A stretch of DNA of 64,000 bases. Origin: Psilocybe cubensis (Eukaryota). Under the pieces are notes generated by a model that was not told where the DNA came from, made no database searches, and worked only from the letters and a program-made list of their open reading frames with translations. The position numbers and the translations under genes were made by a program. Below, piece by piece: positions 52,201 through 64,000 of the stretch; within the stretch, counting starts at the first letter, position 1, and every line of letters begins with the position of its first letter. Location: the NCBI GenBank assembly GCA_017499595.2, contig CM039007.1:496001-560000 (forward strand), read 5' to 3'.

Positions 52201-55200
52201 GTAACGAAGTACATAAGTTTGAGCTGAGCGACATATCTGTCAAGTTCCCGGAAGGCAAATTGACCGTCGTGACTGGACCAACTGCCTCGGGGAAAACTGC
52301 TCTTCTTGCAAGTGTCCTTTGTATGATTCAACGTTACGTGTACGCTAACATTCTTTTGGCTTAGATGGCGATATTAGGCGAAATGACCTTGGTTTCGGGA
52401 AGAATCCTGTTGTCTAAAGATCCAAATCGTGTCGACGAGAATGGCCTCATGTATTGCATCTCATACGCTGCTCAACTGCCGTGGTTGCTCCATAGATCTA
52501 TCAAAGAGAACATTATTTTCGGGTATCCATTCGACGAGGAGAGATATAATGCGGTTGTCGAGTGCTGTGCTCTCCTTCCCGACCTCCAAATGCTAGAAGA
52601 TGGGGATGCCACCGAAATTGGTGCCCGGTACGCCTTTGATTTACAATGAATAATGTCCTTCTTAACCACTTTACCGCATTTCTTCGGGTTGAAACAGTGG
52701 CGTCAACCTATCAGGAGGGCAAAAAGCAAGAGTCGCTCTCGCGCGAGCAGTCTATGCCCGGACAAAATTCGTACTTCTAGATGACCCCCTGAGCGCAGTA
52801 GATAGCCACACGGCCAGATTTCTCTTCGATCGACTACTCTGTGGTCCTCTGTTGGCAAACAGGACAGTCGTATGTATTTCCGCCCATTCCGAATTCTTCA
52901 TTTACATATCGATATGTCTTAGGTTCTCGTGACACATCATGTAAACCTGGTACTTCCAGCCGCTCATTATCTTGTACGTATGCTGGACGGTCGTATTGAC
53001 ACTCAAGGTGGGGTTCACGAGTTGAGGGAGCAAGGTGTACTCAGCGATATTGTTGTTGAATCTTCAATCCGAGTGCATGAGGAGGTCAAAGTTGAGGTCG
53101 AGCAACCTGAAGCTAAGGCCGCTCTCGAAGACCAACTGGAGCCCAAGATAGAGGTCAAGAAACCTCGAAAATTGGTATCGGATGAATTTAGGGAGACAGG
53201 TGGTGTAAAGTGGTCCATCTACAACACCTACCTGAAGGCGTCGTATGTCCTAACGTTCCATCGCTTTCAGCAAATCTTAATCCTTTTTTTCAGTTCGTAT
53301 CGAATCTGGTTTATCTTGGCTGTCATAGTATTTGTTAACCAATTTTTGGGCATCGCTGAGAAATTATGGATCAGGGTATGTTGAACTAATTCAACAATCT
53401 CTTTAGCTCGTAGCTGATCGACTACCTCTAGACATGGGGAGAAGCATATAGAAATGAGACCAGTAGTACACCGTATGGTGTACAATATCCGACTATTTTA
53501 ACTATCAATTTGAATGCGGCCAACGACCAGACCAACTTCGGAATCCAGCAATTTGGACAGGCGGTAGGTCTTGACTCAAGAACCCCCGGTCCTTTTGGTA
53601 TCGTTTGGCCTAGTGCCATGGAACATCCACTTTTGTACATTGGAATATACGCTGCCATCGGGATGATAACTACTTTGGTCAGTGTACTGTCCGTCACAGC
53701 ACAATACACAGGCGCGCTGCGCGCCTCTCGCATTTTGTTCAAGTGTGTGATGTCCTGTCCATTTTTCTCTCTTTCCTTCTTATCAATGTCATAATAGGAG
53801 GCTCCTCGTGGCCATTGTTCACGCAACTTTCAGATTTCACGATATCACACCCCAGGGTAAGTGATATTTTATTTTTTATGTCATTCAAATAACATTTCGT
53901 TTCCCCTAAGGTCGCATTCTGAATCGTTTTGGAAAGGTTAGTTACAACCCACAGTAAGTGCGTGTTATGTAATAAATACTGACGGGCGAGAAGGATATGG
54001 ACACCATCGATTCTTCCCTCGCTGGGACCCTCCAGGCCGTCAATTCAGCATTGGCGGGATTTCTTGTAGCCATTCTTACTGTTGCGTACGTCCACAACTA
54101 AAATATTGACATGGCGGTGTAGTAACTTTAATTTTCAAACAGCGTGGTTTTACCATACTTTTGCATACCGGCATTCTTCATTGGATTAATTTACCGCGAA
54201 CTTGCTTTAGGGTATTTGAACACAGGCAGGGATCTCCGACGAATGGAGGCCACGACAAGATCACCGATTTACTCCCATTTTGGGGAAATGTTGGAGGGAA
54301 TTGTGACAGTCAGAGCTTTTTGCGCTGAGAGACGCTTCCTTGATGGCCTCTATGTTAAGATCGACACTACTACAAAGGCAGCGTACTATTTTCCTTCTGT
54401 GTCTCCACGTTGAGCTTATTCTTTTATTTGGCTAGATGTGGTATATGTTCTGGATGACTAATCGCTGGTTACTGGTCAACTTTGATACCCTTGGGGCATT
54501 GATCGTTCTCCTAACCACATTGTTCTCCATCTCGATCCTCAAGAACGACGCCGGGCTGGCAGCCCTATGTATCACCAGCGCCATGGCATTTACGTTGTCA
54601 GGTATCTAGATATATTACACCTATGATGAAGTGTATCTAACGGTATGGGACCTACAGTCTATTGGACATGTAGATACTGGACAAGTACGCGGTTGATAGT
54701 TATGACGGCTTTACAATGCTAATGGAGTATGTTAGCACTGGAGCTGGACCTTAAGTATGTCAATTTTTGATCTGGAACAACATATTTGTACTCAATTTGC
54801 GAAGCTCTGTCGAGAGACTAATTGAGTAGTAAGCCTAGCTTATTCTCCTTGCTTAATATGATCAGAACTAACTAGACCACAGTCTCGATGTCCCGCAGGA
54901 ACCTCCAGCGATTATAGAAACAAAAAGGGCTCCTGCATATTGGCCGTCGAGCTCCAGCAACACTGACCTACTTGTTGTAGAGAACTTAGAAGTCAAATAT
55001 GCACCAGAGCTTCCCTCTGTGATTAATGATGTATCCTTCTCGTTGAAAGCCGGTGAACGTATTGGCTTGCTTGGGAGAACCGGTACGTTTTCAACAATCT
55101 TGATGTGTGTTCTGGTCTCACACTTGAATCAGGTAGTGGAAAGTCGACTTTGGCTACCAGCCTTATGAGATTTGTATGTTATGATGTACCTCTGGTCGTT

Positions 55201-56222
55201 CTTTGTTTGGTAATAACTACTATACTATACGAAGGTTGAACCTACTAATGGCAGGATTACAATCGACGGAATTGACATTTCGACTATTGGTGTCTACGAT
55301 CTACGTTCCAAAATTGTCAGTGTAAACGCATTTAGTCCTTTTGTCTAAACCTGACTTGGTACTAGACCTTCATCCCACAAGTAGAGAATATACATTTTAT
55401 TGATGGACAATATACTGACTGATTTATAGGACGCGACACTTTTCTCAGGGACCTTGAGAGAAAACCTTGATCCATTTGGTGCGTCGTGTGTGATGTGTGA
55501 GATCATCATGTCCTGACGCTCATATCTACTGCTAGGTGACCATAGTGACGGGGAATGTACAGAGGCACTGCGTCGTGTGCGCATGTTTGCCGACGACACA
55601 CCTCCAACTCAAAGTATCAGACCGTCTCGTACCCCCTCCAGGGCATCTTCAATGCACAGCGAACACTTCTCCACCGCGACTACTAACATCGACAGCAAAC
55701 CGAGCATCTCTCTTGACGCTCAGGTGTCGGCGGGAGGAACTAATTTCTCTCAGGGTCAAAGACAGCTAATTGCAATGGCCCGGGCACTTATTCGTCGAAG
55801 CCCAATCATCATCTTCGATGAGGCAACGAGCAGTATAGATTTTGAGACAGATTCGATCATACAAGCTACGATCAGAGAAGAGTTTTCGGGATCCCTTCTT
55901 CTCACAGGTATGGGCGCCTTCATACTCAGAGCAATGCGTCTAAGAGAACATTTGCTTTTCAGTTGCTCATCGCCTTCGGACAATCATAGATTACGACAGA
56001 CTCATCATATTAGATAAGGGAAAGGTAGAGAAGCATGTAGCTTTCTAATCTTAATTGGACTGATGTCATGCTACCTTTCAGATCGTCGAATTCGACACTC
56101 CTTGGAATTTGATACAAAAGGAAGATGGCGTATTCAGAAGCATGTGCATGAAAACTGGTACTTTCTCTGAGCTAGAAGATGCTGCCAAGGCTGCCTCGCT
56201 AACTCAATCACTCCAAACTTGA
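49240..56222 (+). CDS. ABCC/MRP-type ABC transporter (paralogue 2), many exons
   Basis: [56 protein letters not shown]; colinear with paralogue 1. Confidence 0.93.
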
Positions 56223-56356
56223 TTGTAACGTTTCGCGAATGTTCGAGGAAAATAGATGTTCTATACAGGTAACTTTATAGTCCTTCGAGTACAGCTACAG
56301 ATATAAAGTGTGTGTGTGTGAGGTGTAGCTTCGTCAAAATGGTCAATCAATGTTGC

Positions 56357-58534
56357 TCAGACATGGACGGTATACTTTGATCTAGCCCGAAGTCTGCCAC
56401 CGTACTTGTAGAAGATGAATAATCCGGGAATTAATGCAATTGAAAGTCCAGCTAACAGGGAGCACCCGCCCCCAATGGTGAGCTTGCGGTAAAGAACGGT
56501 CCCAAAGAGCCTGAGATATCGGATTAGTCAGGTTCAAGCAAGTATACAAATGACACAAACTGGAAACAACCGGCTACTGTGGATCGAAAGAGACTATTTC
56601 CAGCGAGTATAGATGCTGCGTATATTGGGTATGACGAAGGCAGGTAGACGAGAACGCTCTGGAATAGCAAGAACAAGCTGTTCAACAACTAAGGTTAGAT
56701 CATTGGGTTGACTAATTGGCAAAGAGGCCTACCCTGGGATATACAAAGCTGCGCCTATAGTTGGGACAATCCAGTGCACATCCGGCCGGGAAGACCATCC
56801 TATTTGAAAAAGGTAAGTCTGGGATTTGTGTAGGACAAGATAAGATCAACTTTCCAAATATAAGGAGAGACGCTGGAACAAATCCAGAGGCAACAAGAGC
56901 CACTGCAAGGCGTGACTCTGGGACAATATATCCGGTTTTCCTGAATATGGGCTCAACATGGTAGTAGTTCCAACACACATAGACGGAACTGGCAAGGATA
57001 CAGGTAACCAACAAACCCGTAAACGGAAGACCGGAGAGGCCGAGATTGAAGTGATAGATGTCGCCGTAGACCAGTGGGAAGGCTTCAAACCACACTATAA
57101 AAAGAGAGAGTCGTTAAGCAGCACATATAACTTGGTGGGAGTCATACTTACAGTAGAAGATAGCGTAGGTTAATCCGAGGTAAACATTGGCGTACAGGAC
57201 AGCGGGCTCGATCATGAGCTGGAACGGGCGTAAGAGCGATTCGAACAACACTTCAGAAGGCTTTAGTTTCGATTGCTTGATCTCGCTCTTGCTGAACAGG
57301 TTGGGGTTTCCGGTCAGTTTTCGTAGGCGTTGGGCGCGCTTTAAGAGGATGGTCTCGGCGTTGGTCTCAGGCAGCCAGAATAGGAGGACAATGAAAGCAA
57401 ACACGCCAATATAGAATAGTTCCCAGAGCGGCCATGTCCAGTTTCTGTTCTGTGCTGCAAATCCGCCGATTATAGGGCCGAGAATAGCTGAAGTGGAATG
57501 AACAATGCGATACCAGAAAATTAAAAGAGGAAGATTCCTTACGTCCACATGAAGCAGTAACACTCCAAACGATGAGTGCGTAAGGTAATTTGATAATTGG
57601 GAACCTAAAAAGACAGAGTAAAGTAAATTCCTCGATTTTATTAACAATTCCCTGACGAAACGTACATGTCCTGAATGGAAGCCCCGCCAGTTGCAAGGGC
57701 AGGTGAACCAAAGAATCCGGTGAAGAACCGCATTGCGAGTAGAGTTTGGATGTTTGGGGCATATATTATGGGAAGCTGCAGGAGTACAAAGATCAAGAGA
57801 GTTGCCATATACACGGGAGTCCTTCCAATTGAAGGAATTTCCGACAATGGACTGAATATTAGAGGACCAACACCATATCCAATAATATATAGCGATAGAC
57901 CAAGTGTTGCGATCGTTCTTGACACGTTGAACTTTTCTATGATCCCGGGTATTGAGGGTGTACTAAGATTGACTCAGAAAAACCATACCCTCAAGCAACT
58001 AATTACTCACTAGATTGCAGAACCTATATAAACTCCGAATGTAAGAAGAGATACCAGCCCAAGGACGAATATGCGTTTTCCCAAGCTCCAATTTCTAAAA
58101 CAAAGTCTATGAGCCTGGTCCTGGTCGAGATGAGGGTAGACGTACTGTGGATTTTCTTGATCATGTTCGTCATACCAATTTACAATCGTCTCTGACACTG
58201 TTTCATGAACGGGTTTCATGTTGAGGTCGACCTGTGCCTTTTCAATGGATGACAACGACTTGCGGTATGAGTTAATTGACGAATGAAATGCATTCGCAGA
58301 CGTGCGATTGGATATCGTCTCTTCCAAATCATTTCTTGCCAACGTAGGCTGGAAGGATACCGATTCACTGGTTTCGTGTACTTTGGAATCGGGGGGTGAA
58401 GAAGCTGCCCTTGCGAGCTGAAGATTAGCAGGTAATTGCCATCCAAGCCGTTGTTCAGGGAAAGGAAGGAATCGACCATCCGAAATTGTGTTGATAAAAA
58501 GTCCAACGATTGAGTTTCTCAAGGTGTCTGTCAT
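56357..58534 (-). CDS. MFS drug:H+ antiporter (DHA1 family), paralogue 1
   Basis: WYDEHDQENPQ|NWS, GPLIFSPLSEIPSIGRTPVY, GFFGSPALATGG, LPET, LRARSKY C-terminus. Confidence 0.92.
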
Positions 58535-59691
58535 CGCTTATTAAGAAGAAAGGGTGGGGAATTCTGTGTTTTCCAATGCCCAGCTTCAGGTGCAATCGTC
58601 TTTTATACCTCTGTCATGTACCTTGCTCTCGTTCAGAATGGCTTATAAATTCATAGAGATAAACTAATTGACTAGTGGGGTGGATGAGGTAAATCTGAGG
58701 AGTATCCAACGCTGTCTACAACGCAGGCGCTTGCACATGCCACCCAAATTCTCACATCGTGCCCTGATTTGGAAGGGATTCCCAAAGCCAGGCTGTAGCA
58801 AAAATAGACTCATCCAGTTATACGGAAGCATAACCGATCCCTGTCACTGGAGCTCGTCCGTCATTGTAAATTAAAATGAAAGAAATATATTTTCTTCTTT
58901 GTGATTCAATTTTTTGTTAATGCCGCTCAGATGAGCATGGTCTACAAAGAACTCCAGGATAATTTTTCGTCTGAAAAAAAAATCAACAAAACTCCCTAGA
59001 ATAATACACACACAACGAATTCCCAATCCACTTCATGGGCGCTAGCAGTGGTATCGTTCAAGGGTGTGCTAAAAATGGATTTCTGTTATCCGACGGATAC
59101 TCAGCCGGTGCGCTATTAATAGATTCCCCAGAATGCTGCCGAACAGTTGACGCGTTCCACGGCCAGAATTTTTGAAAGGGAGAGAAAAAGAACAAAGCTT
59201 CTTTTACTGTCAGCCTAGGACACTAACTATTACTAGTATTGCAGAACTCATAATTTCTGCTTGACCTGCCGGACATTAACCGATATTTGAACAGCGAGGC
59301 CTATCACCGCCGTTGAACAACTAATAGGTCACAGCATGATGTCCTACAGTTTCTGAGTGATTGATTTTCAACTCCAGCATCACAAGCCTAATGGCTGTTC
59401 AGAACTTTAGAAGTTGGATAAACATCCTAGGTTCAGTGAAGACTTCCTTTATGGATTTCGAGTTTGTGTGGTGAAAGAAATATACGTGTTCATTTGATTT
59501 GTTTGATCTGCTTGACCTTCAGGCTGAATATTATAGTGTGTCCGCCACAAATATTATTATAAGATATTTGACATTTGCTCTACATAAAAATTGCTACCGC
59601 TACAGTATTGATTATCATGAAAATGAAAGGCGTGAGGTATAGCTTCATAATGTCATAAATTACCAGTTATCTATGATATATTCTATGTTGC

Positions 59692-61890
59692 TCAGAGATC
59701 AGAGGTGTACTTCGATCTAGCCCGAAGTTTACCACCGTATTTGTAGAGAATAAAAAGTCCGGGAATCAATGCAATGGAAAGACCGGCCAGTAGGGAGCAC
59801 CCGCCGCCAATGGTGAGCCTGTGATAGAGAGGCGTACCGAAGAGACTGTGATGGTGGTTGTGTCAGATTAAAAAAACATGGGTTATCGGAGAACGGATAC
59901 GTACGGGAAGCAGCCAGCTACTGTCGACCGGAAGAGATCATTTCCCGCGAGAATTGAAGCAGCGTATTTTGGGTATGATGAAGGGAGATAGACAAGAATG
60001 CTCTGGAAGAGGAGAAATAGTCTGTTTGACGAGCAGTTTAGATCGCATGTGTGATGAGTAAAAATTGTAAAAACATACCCTGGGAGGTACAGAGCGGCAC
60101 CGATGGTAGGGACAATCCAGTGAACATCTGCACGAGAAGACCATCCTATTCAATGGGGAGTAAGTCCAGCAATTTAGTTGATGCACTCAAATCAACTTAC
60201 CAAAGATGAGGAGAGAGGCTGGGATGAATCCAGACGCAACAAGAGCCACAGCAAGGCGTGACTCGGGGACGATGTACCCGGTTCGTTTGAATTCGGGTTC
60301 GACGCGATAATAGTTCCAGCACACATAAGCAAAGCTCGTGAAGAAACACGTAACCAAGAGACCCATGAACGGAAGACCAGAGAGGCCGAGGTTGAAGTGA
60401 TAGATGTCGTTGTACACAAGCGGGAACGCTTCGAACCACACTGTAGGAGACAGAATTAGCCAGCATTCATAAGAAAAGGAGAGCCTTACGTACGATAGAA
60501 GATGGCGTAGGCCAATCCGAGGTAAACATTGGCGTACAGGACCGCGGGCTCAATCATGAGCTGGAAAGGACGTAAGAGTGCCTCAAACAATACATCGGAA
60601 GGCTTCATTTGCGACTGCTTAATTTCGCTTTCACTGAACAGGTTGGGGTTACCAGTCAACTTTCGTAGGCGGCGGGCGCGCTTCAAGAGAATGGTCTCGG
60701 CATTGGTCTCGGGGAGCCAGAGCATGAGGACAATGAAAGCAAACACGCCAATATAAAATAGCTCCCAAAGTGGCCATGTCCAGTTTCTGTTCTGCGCTGC
60801 GAATCCACCGATTGTGGGTCCGAGAACGGCTAAGGGAAATGAAATAAGATTCTAGCCAAGGACCACAAGGAAAGAATGCACGTACGTCCACACAAAGCGC
60901 CAACACTCCAAGCGATGAGAGCGTAAGGTAACTTGACAATCGGGAACCTAGAAAGAAATAATAAGTTCCTTGAATTATGTCCAACTGTCAGAGGAAGCGT
61001 ACATGTCTTGGATAGAAGCTCCTCCTGTCGCAAGAGCTGGTGAGCCAAAGAATCCAGCAAAAAATCTCATCGCGAGCAGAGTCTGGATATTAGGGGCGTA
61101 GATCGTTGGAAGCTGAAGGACCACGAATATCAAGAGCGTCGCCATATACACAGGTGTCCTGCCAATAGAGGGAACTTCCGACAGTGGACTGAATATCAGA
61201 GGGCCGACACCGTATCCAATCACATATAACGATAGACCAAGTGTGGCTGTCGTTTTTGACACATTGAACTTTTCAATCACCCCTGGTATTGAGGGTGTGC
61301 TACAGAAGATATCAAAAAAAAAAAGTCATTTCTCCAGAGCGCAGCCACTTACTAGATAGCAGAACCTATGTATACACTAAATGTAAGGAGAGACACCAGC
61401 CCAAGGACAAATATCCGTTTCCTCAGACTCCAGTTCCTAAAAATAAATCGATGAACCTGGTTCCAACATGAGTTGTCATAATCATGTTGACTTACTGTGG
61501 GTTCTCCTGGTCATGCTCATCATACCAGTCCACAATCGTCCCCGATACAGGTTCTTGAATGGTGTCTTCTCTAAGCATGTCGACTCTCACATCAACCTGG
61601 CCCTTCTCAACGAACGACAACGACTTTTGCTCTGACTCGGATGACTGGAATGCATTGGTGGACGTGCGAGTAGAGTCCGTCACATCATTCAAATGATCCT
61701 TTGACGGTGAAGCTATGGAATCCCGCTTCTCAGAGACGATGGTATCGGACGACGAAGAAATCGCTTTCGAGAGCTGGAGGTTTGCTGGTAGTTGCCATCC
61801 CGGCCGTTGTTCTGGGAAAGGGAGGAATCGACCACCGGAAGCAGCGTTGATAAAAAGCCCTACAGTCGAATCTCGGAAGGTGTCAATCAT
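59692..61890 (-). CDS. MFS drug:H+ antiporter (DHA1 family), paralogue 2
   Basis: Same motifs and intron layout as paralogue 1 (WYDEHDQENPQ, SPLSEVPSIGRTPVY, GSPALATGG, LPET). Confidence 0.92.
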
Positions 61891-62293
61891 CGCGTTTCGA
61901 ATGGAGAGGTGGGGGAACTGGAGTGGAGGGGGGGATTTTTGAAATTTTGCAATGTGCACCCTCCAGGTGCACTGGACTTATATACCATGCTCATTAACCT
62001 CGTCCTCCTTGAAGATTGCTTATAAACATAGATACGAAACGATAGCCTCCAGTTGTGAGTCAGGTTAAGCTGAGAATTGCCCAATGCTGCCCCATCGCAG
62101 GCGCTTGCAAATCACTGGATCGGTCATACCACGATTTCTAAGCATCGAGGCTTGGCTTTGAAGGTTTGAAGCTTGGCTTGGTAAGGATTTCAAAACCCAC
62201 GGTGTGCTAAAAATGGAATCAGGAGCTGCACCTGCGCACCTACCGGATCGATATATTCGATACGTGAATAGAGCCAAAGTAGAGCTGTGAGTA

Positions 62294-62357
62294 TGAGGGT
62301 AGAAAGGCTAACTGAGTACGAGGGTTGAAGCTGAGTGTGAGGGTAGAAAGGCTAACT
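62294..62357 (+). repeat. Short direct repeat, 20 bp x2, period 44
   Basis: tgagggtagaaaggctaact at 62294-62313 and 62338-62357. Confidence 0.8.
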
Positions 62358-62891
62358 TTCGACTCACTTAGTGAGGGCTGGTATGCGAGGGTTCGTTAGC
62401 ATAAAGTTTAAGTTATAACGTTGAACGTTGAGTATTCGCAGAGCCGTTGACACGAGTATAGTATCACAGTTTCAAGTTGCAACGCTTTGTTTCAACCCTT
62501 GTTGAAATGGAAAAGAAAAGGAGAGAGGGTTCAGGCAGTGGCATCATTGATGGCCGCGTGCATCCACGCCATGCATGGTGCCTGACGAGATTAATTGCGG
62601 ACCCGATCGTTCAGATCACACATAGCGCATTACGTCAAGCTAGGCGCCTGTGCGTCGTCCTTTTTTGAGAAGCGTTGGGTTAACGTAGACAACTGCTGGG
62701 TGACGACAATCGATATATTTATGCCCTTATAATCAATAGAACAACGACAATGGTGAATATGATTTGAACCAATGTAACTACAGAGTTGGTGAAAGATTGG
62801 TACACAAACAACTGCAGTATGAAGAGTGGAAAGTCAGAGTTACGGTTCCTTCCCATCCTTCGCAACAAATTTGGGTTATGTATGAAAAAAA

Positions 62892-63321
62892 TCAAAGGTT
62901 GAGATTGATCGGGGTGCAGCCAAGGGCAACAACGCCATCTACGAATTGGCTAAGTATTCGTCGCAAAACAAATAGTGAGGCAACTTACTGAACGAGTTGT
63001 TGGTGCAGCAAACGGGTTGAGCAGTGCTATTTAAGAGCAAATAAGCATATACTGAAAAACCCGGAGCAAACTTTGTGCTTACCAGGAGTCACCTCCAGCG
63101 CCGATGACGGTGATGGGGGTGCAGTTGACGCCGACGAGGGCGGTGACGTCTTGAACGACGATGCCCAAAAGGCCAAGGAGCTTGGAGATCGCTCCGTCGC
63201 TTGCGGTTCCGGTGCTGTTGCAGCACTGAAGGCTACCAGTGTCGCACTGGTTGGAGGGGGAACCTGTGGCAGCAGCAAGGGTAGCACCGAGTGCGAGGGT
63301 GGCGAGAACTTTGAATTGCAT
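62892..63321 (-). CDS. Class I hydrophobin, 3 exons
   Basis: Signal peptide plus 8-Cys pattern: QCDTGSLQCC...VGVNCTPITVIGAGGDSC|TAQPVCCTNNSF|NGVVALGCTPINLNL*. Confidence 0.95.
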
Positions 63322-64000
63322 GTTTGAAGAGCTGGTTTACTGAACTGTTTGAGCCTGTTCGAGTGAAGAATATGAGATGAACATACCTAGCTTTTATACG
63401 CGTTCACGAATCTTTGCGCGTTGTGGTTGATTTTCTTGTTTTGTCAGAAGTTATGTTTTCGCAGCAGAAAGAACAAAAACTAGACAATACTTCCCATGTC
63501 AAGGTGGAGTTTTATGATTCTTGGTGGAGCATCAGTTTATCACTCCATACACAGTAGCTATTGAACTTGGGAGTGCTCATGCGCTGAAATGACAGGTCTG
63601 AGAAAACGTGGTCAACAATCAATACATGCATCGTCATAGGTTATCCAGAATAAGTTCGGAAGAATTACAATCGGACAGCCTGTCCACACATCAAAGTTTT
63701 TGACGTCGATTAGAGGTGTCCCGAGGCAGGTAAATGAACAACAGTAGTGAAGTGTTCTGATTATGAACTGATTCAATAAACGCCAATATAATGCCCGTTG
63801 GAGCGCCTAAATGTATGAGCAGGACGTGGAAGTCACATCTAAGGATATTCAACTTGATCAAGAGCGCTTGAGAGGCCAAGCGGGAGACGGGCAGTCTCAC
63901 AGAACAAGACACAAAGATATAGTACAGGACAGGTCCAGGAGTATCATTATGGGCAAGAACAGGGAAGGGCCGCAGCATTGACAAAAATACCCTAAATCCA

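Noticed and set aside
62283-62395. Telomere-like GAGGGT repeats
   Set aside because: Not TTAGGG units and only a few degenerate copies; recorded as a simple local repeat.
63691-63984. 97-aa minus-strand ORF at the window end
   Set aside because: Non-ATG start, no recognisable family, and context truncated by the window edge.

Overview
Intron-rich fungal DNA, most consistent with an agaric basidiomycete. Bases 1-28845 are a head-to-tail array with an exact 16,394-bp period. Each period holds two related but clearly diverged elements, A (8,128 bp) and B (8,266 bp), in the order A(partial)-B-A-B. Each element carries a Crypton-type tyrosine recombinase (intact R...HxxR...GW...Y set plus a GCR1_C-like C-terminal domain) followed by a GEN1/Yen1-like XPG-family nuclease with C-terminal (V/I)IDLT SUMO-interaction-type motifs. 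The nuclease of A is disrupted. All four element borders contain the identical 24-mer GTCACAGGGAGTTCGCTATAGAAC within a spacing-conserved set of GTGAC/GTCAC boxes. The array stops against unique DNA 3 bp after that core, which suggests a site-specific, self-targeting recombination system. The remaining ~35 kb is host sequence rich in local duplicates: three MYND zinc-finger genes, a 682-bp TIR element with an 8-bp TSD, an ERG26-like fragment, a possible Zn-hydrolase, two divergent ABCC transporters flanking two helical unknown genes, two DHA1 MFS transporters and a class I hydrophobin. Gene models were spliced by eye; no database searches were run.
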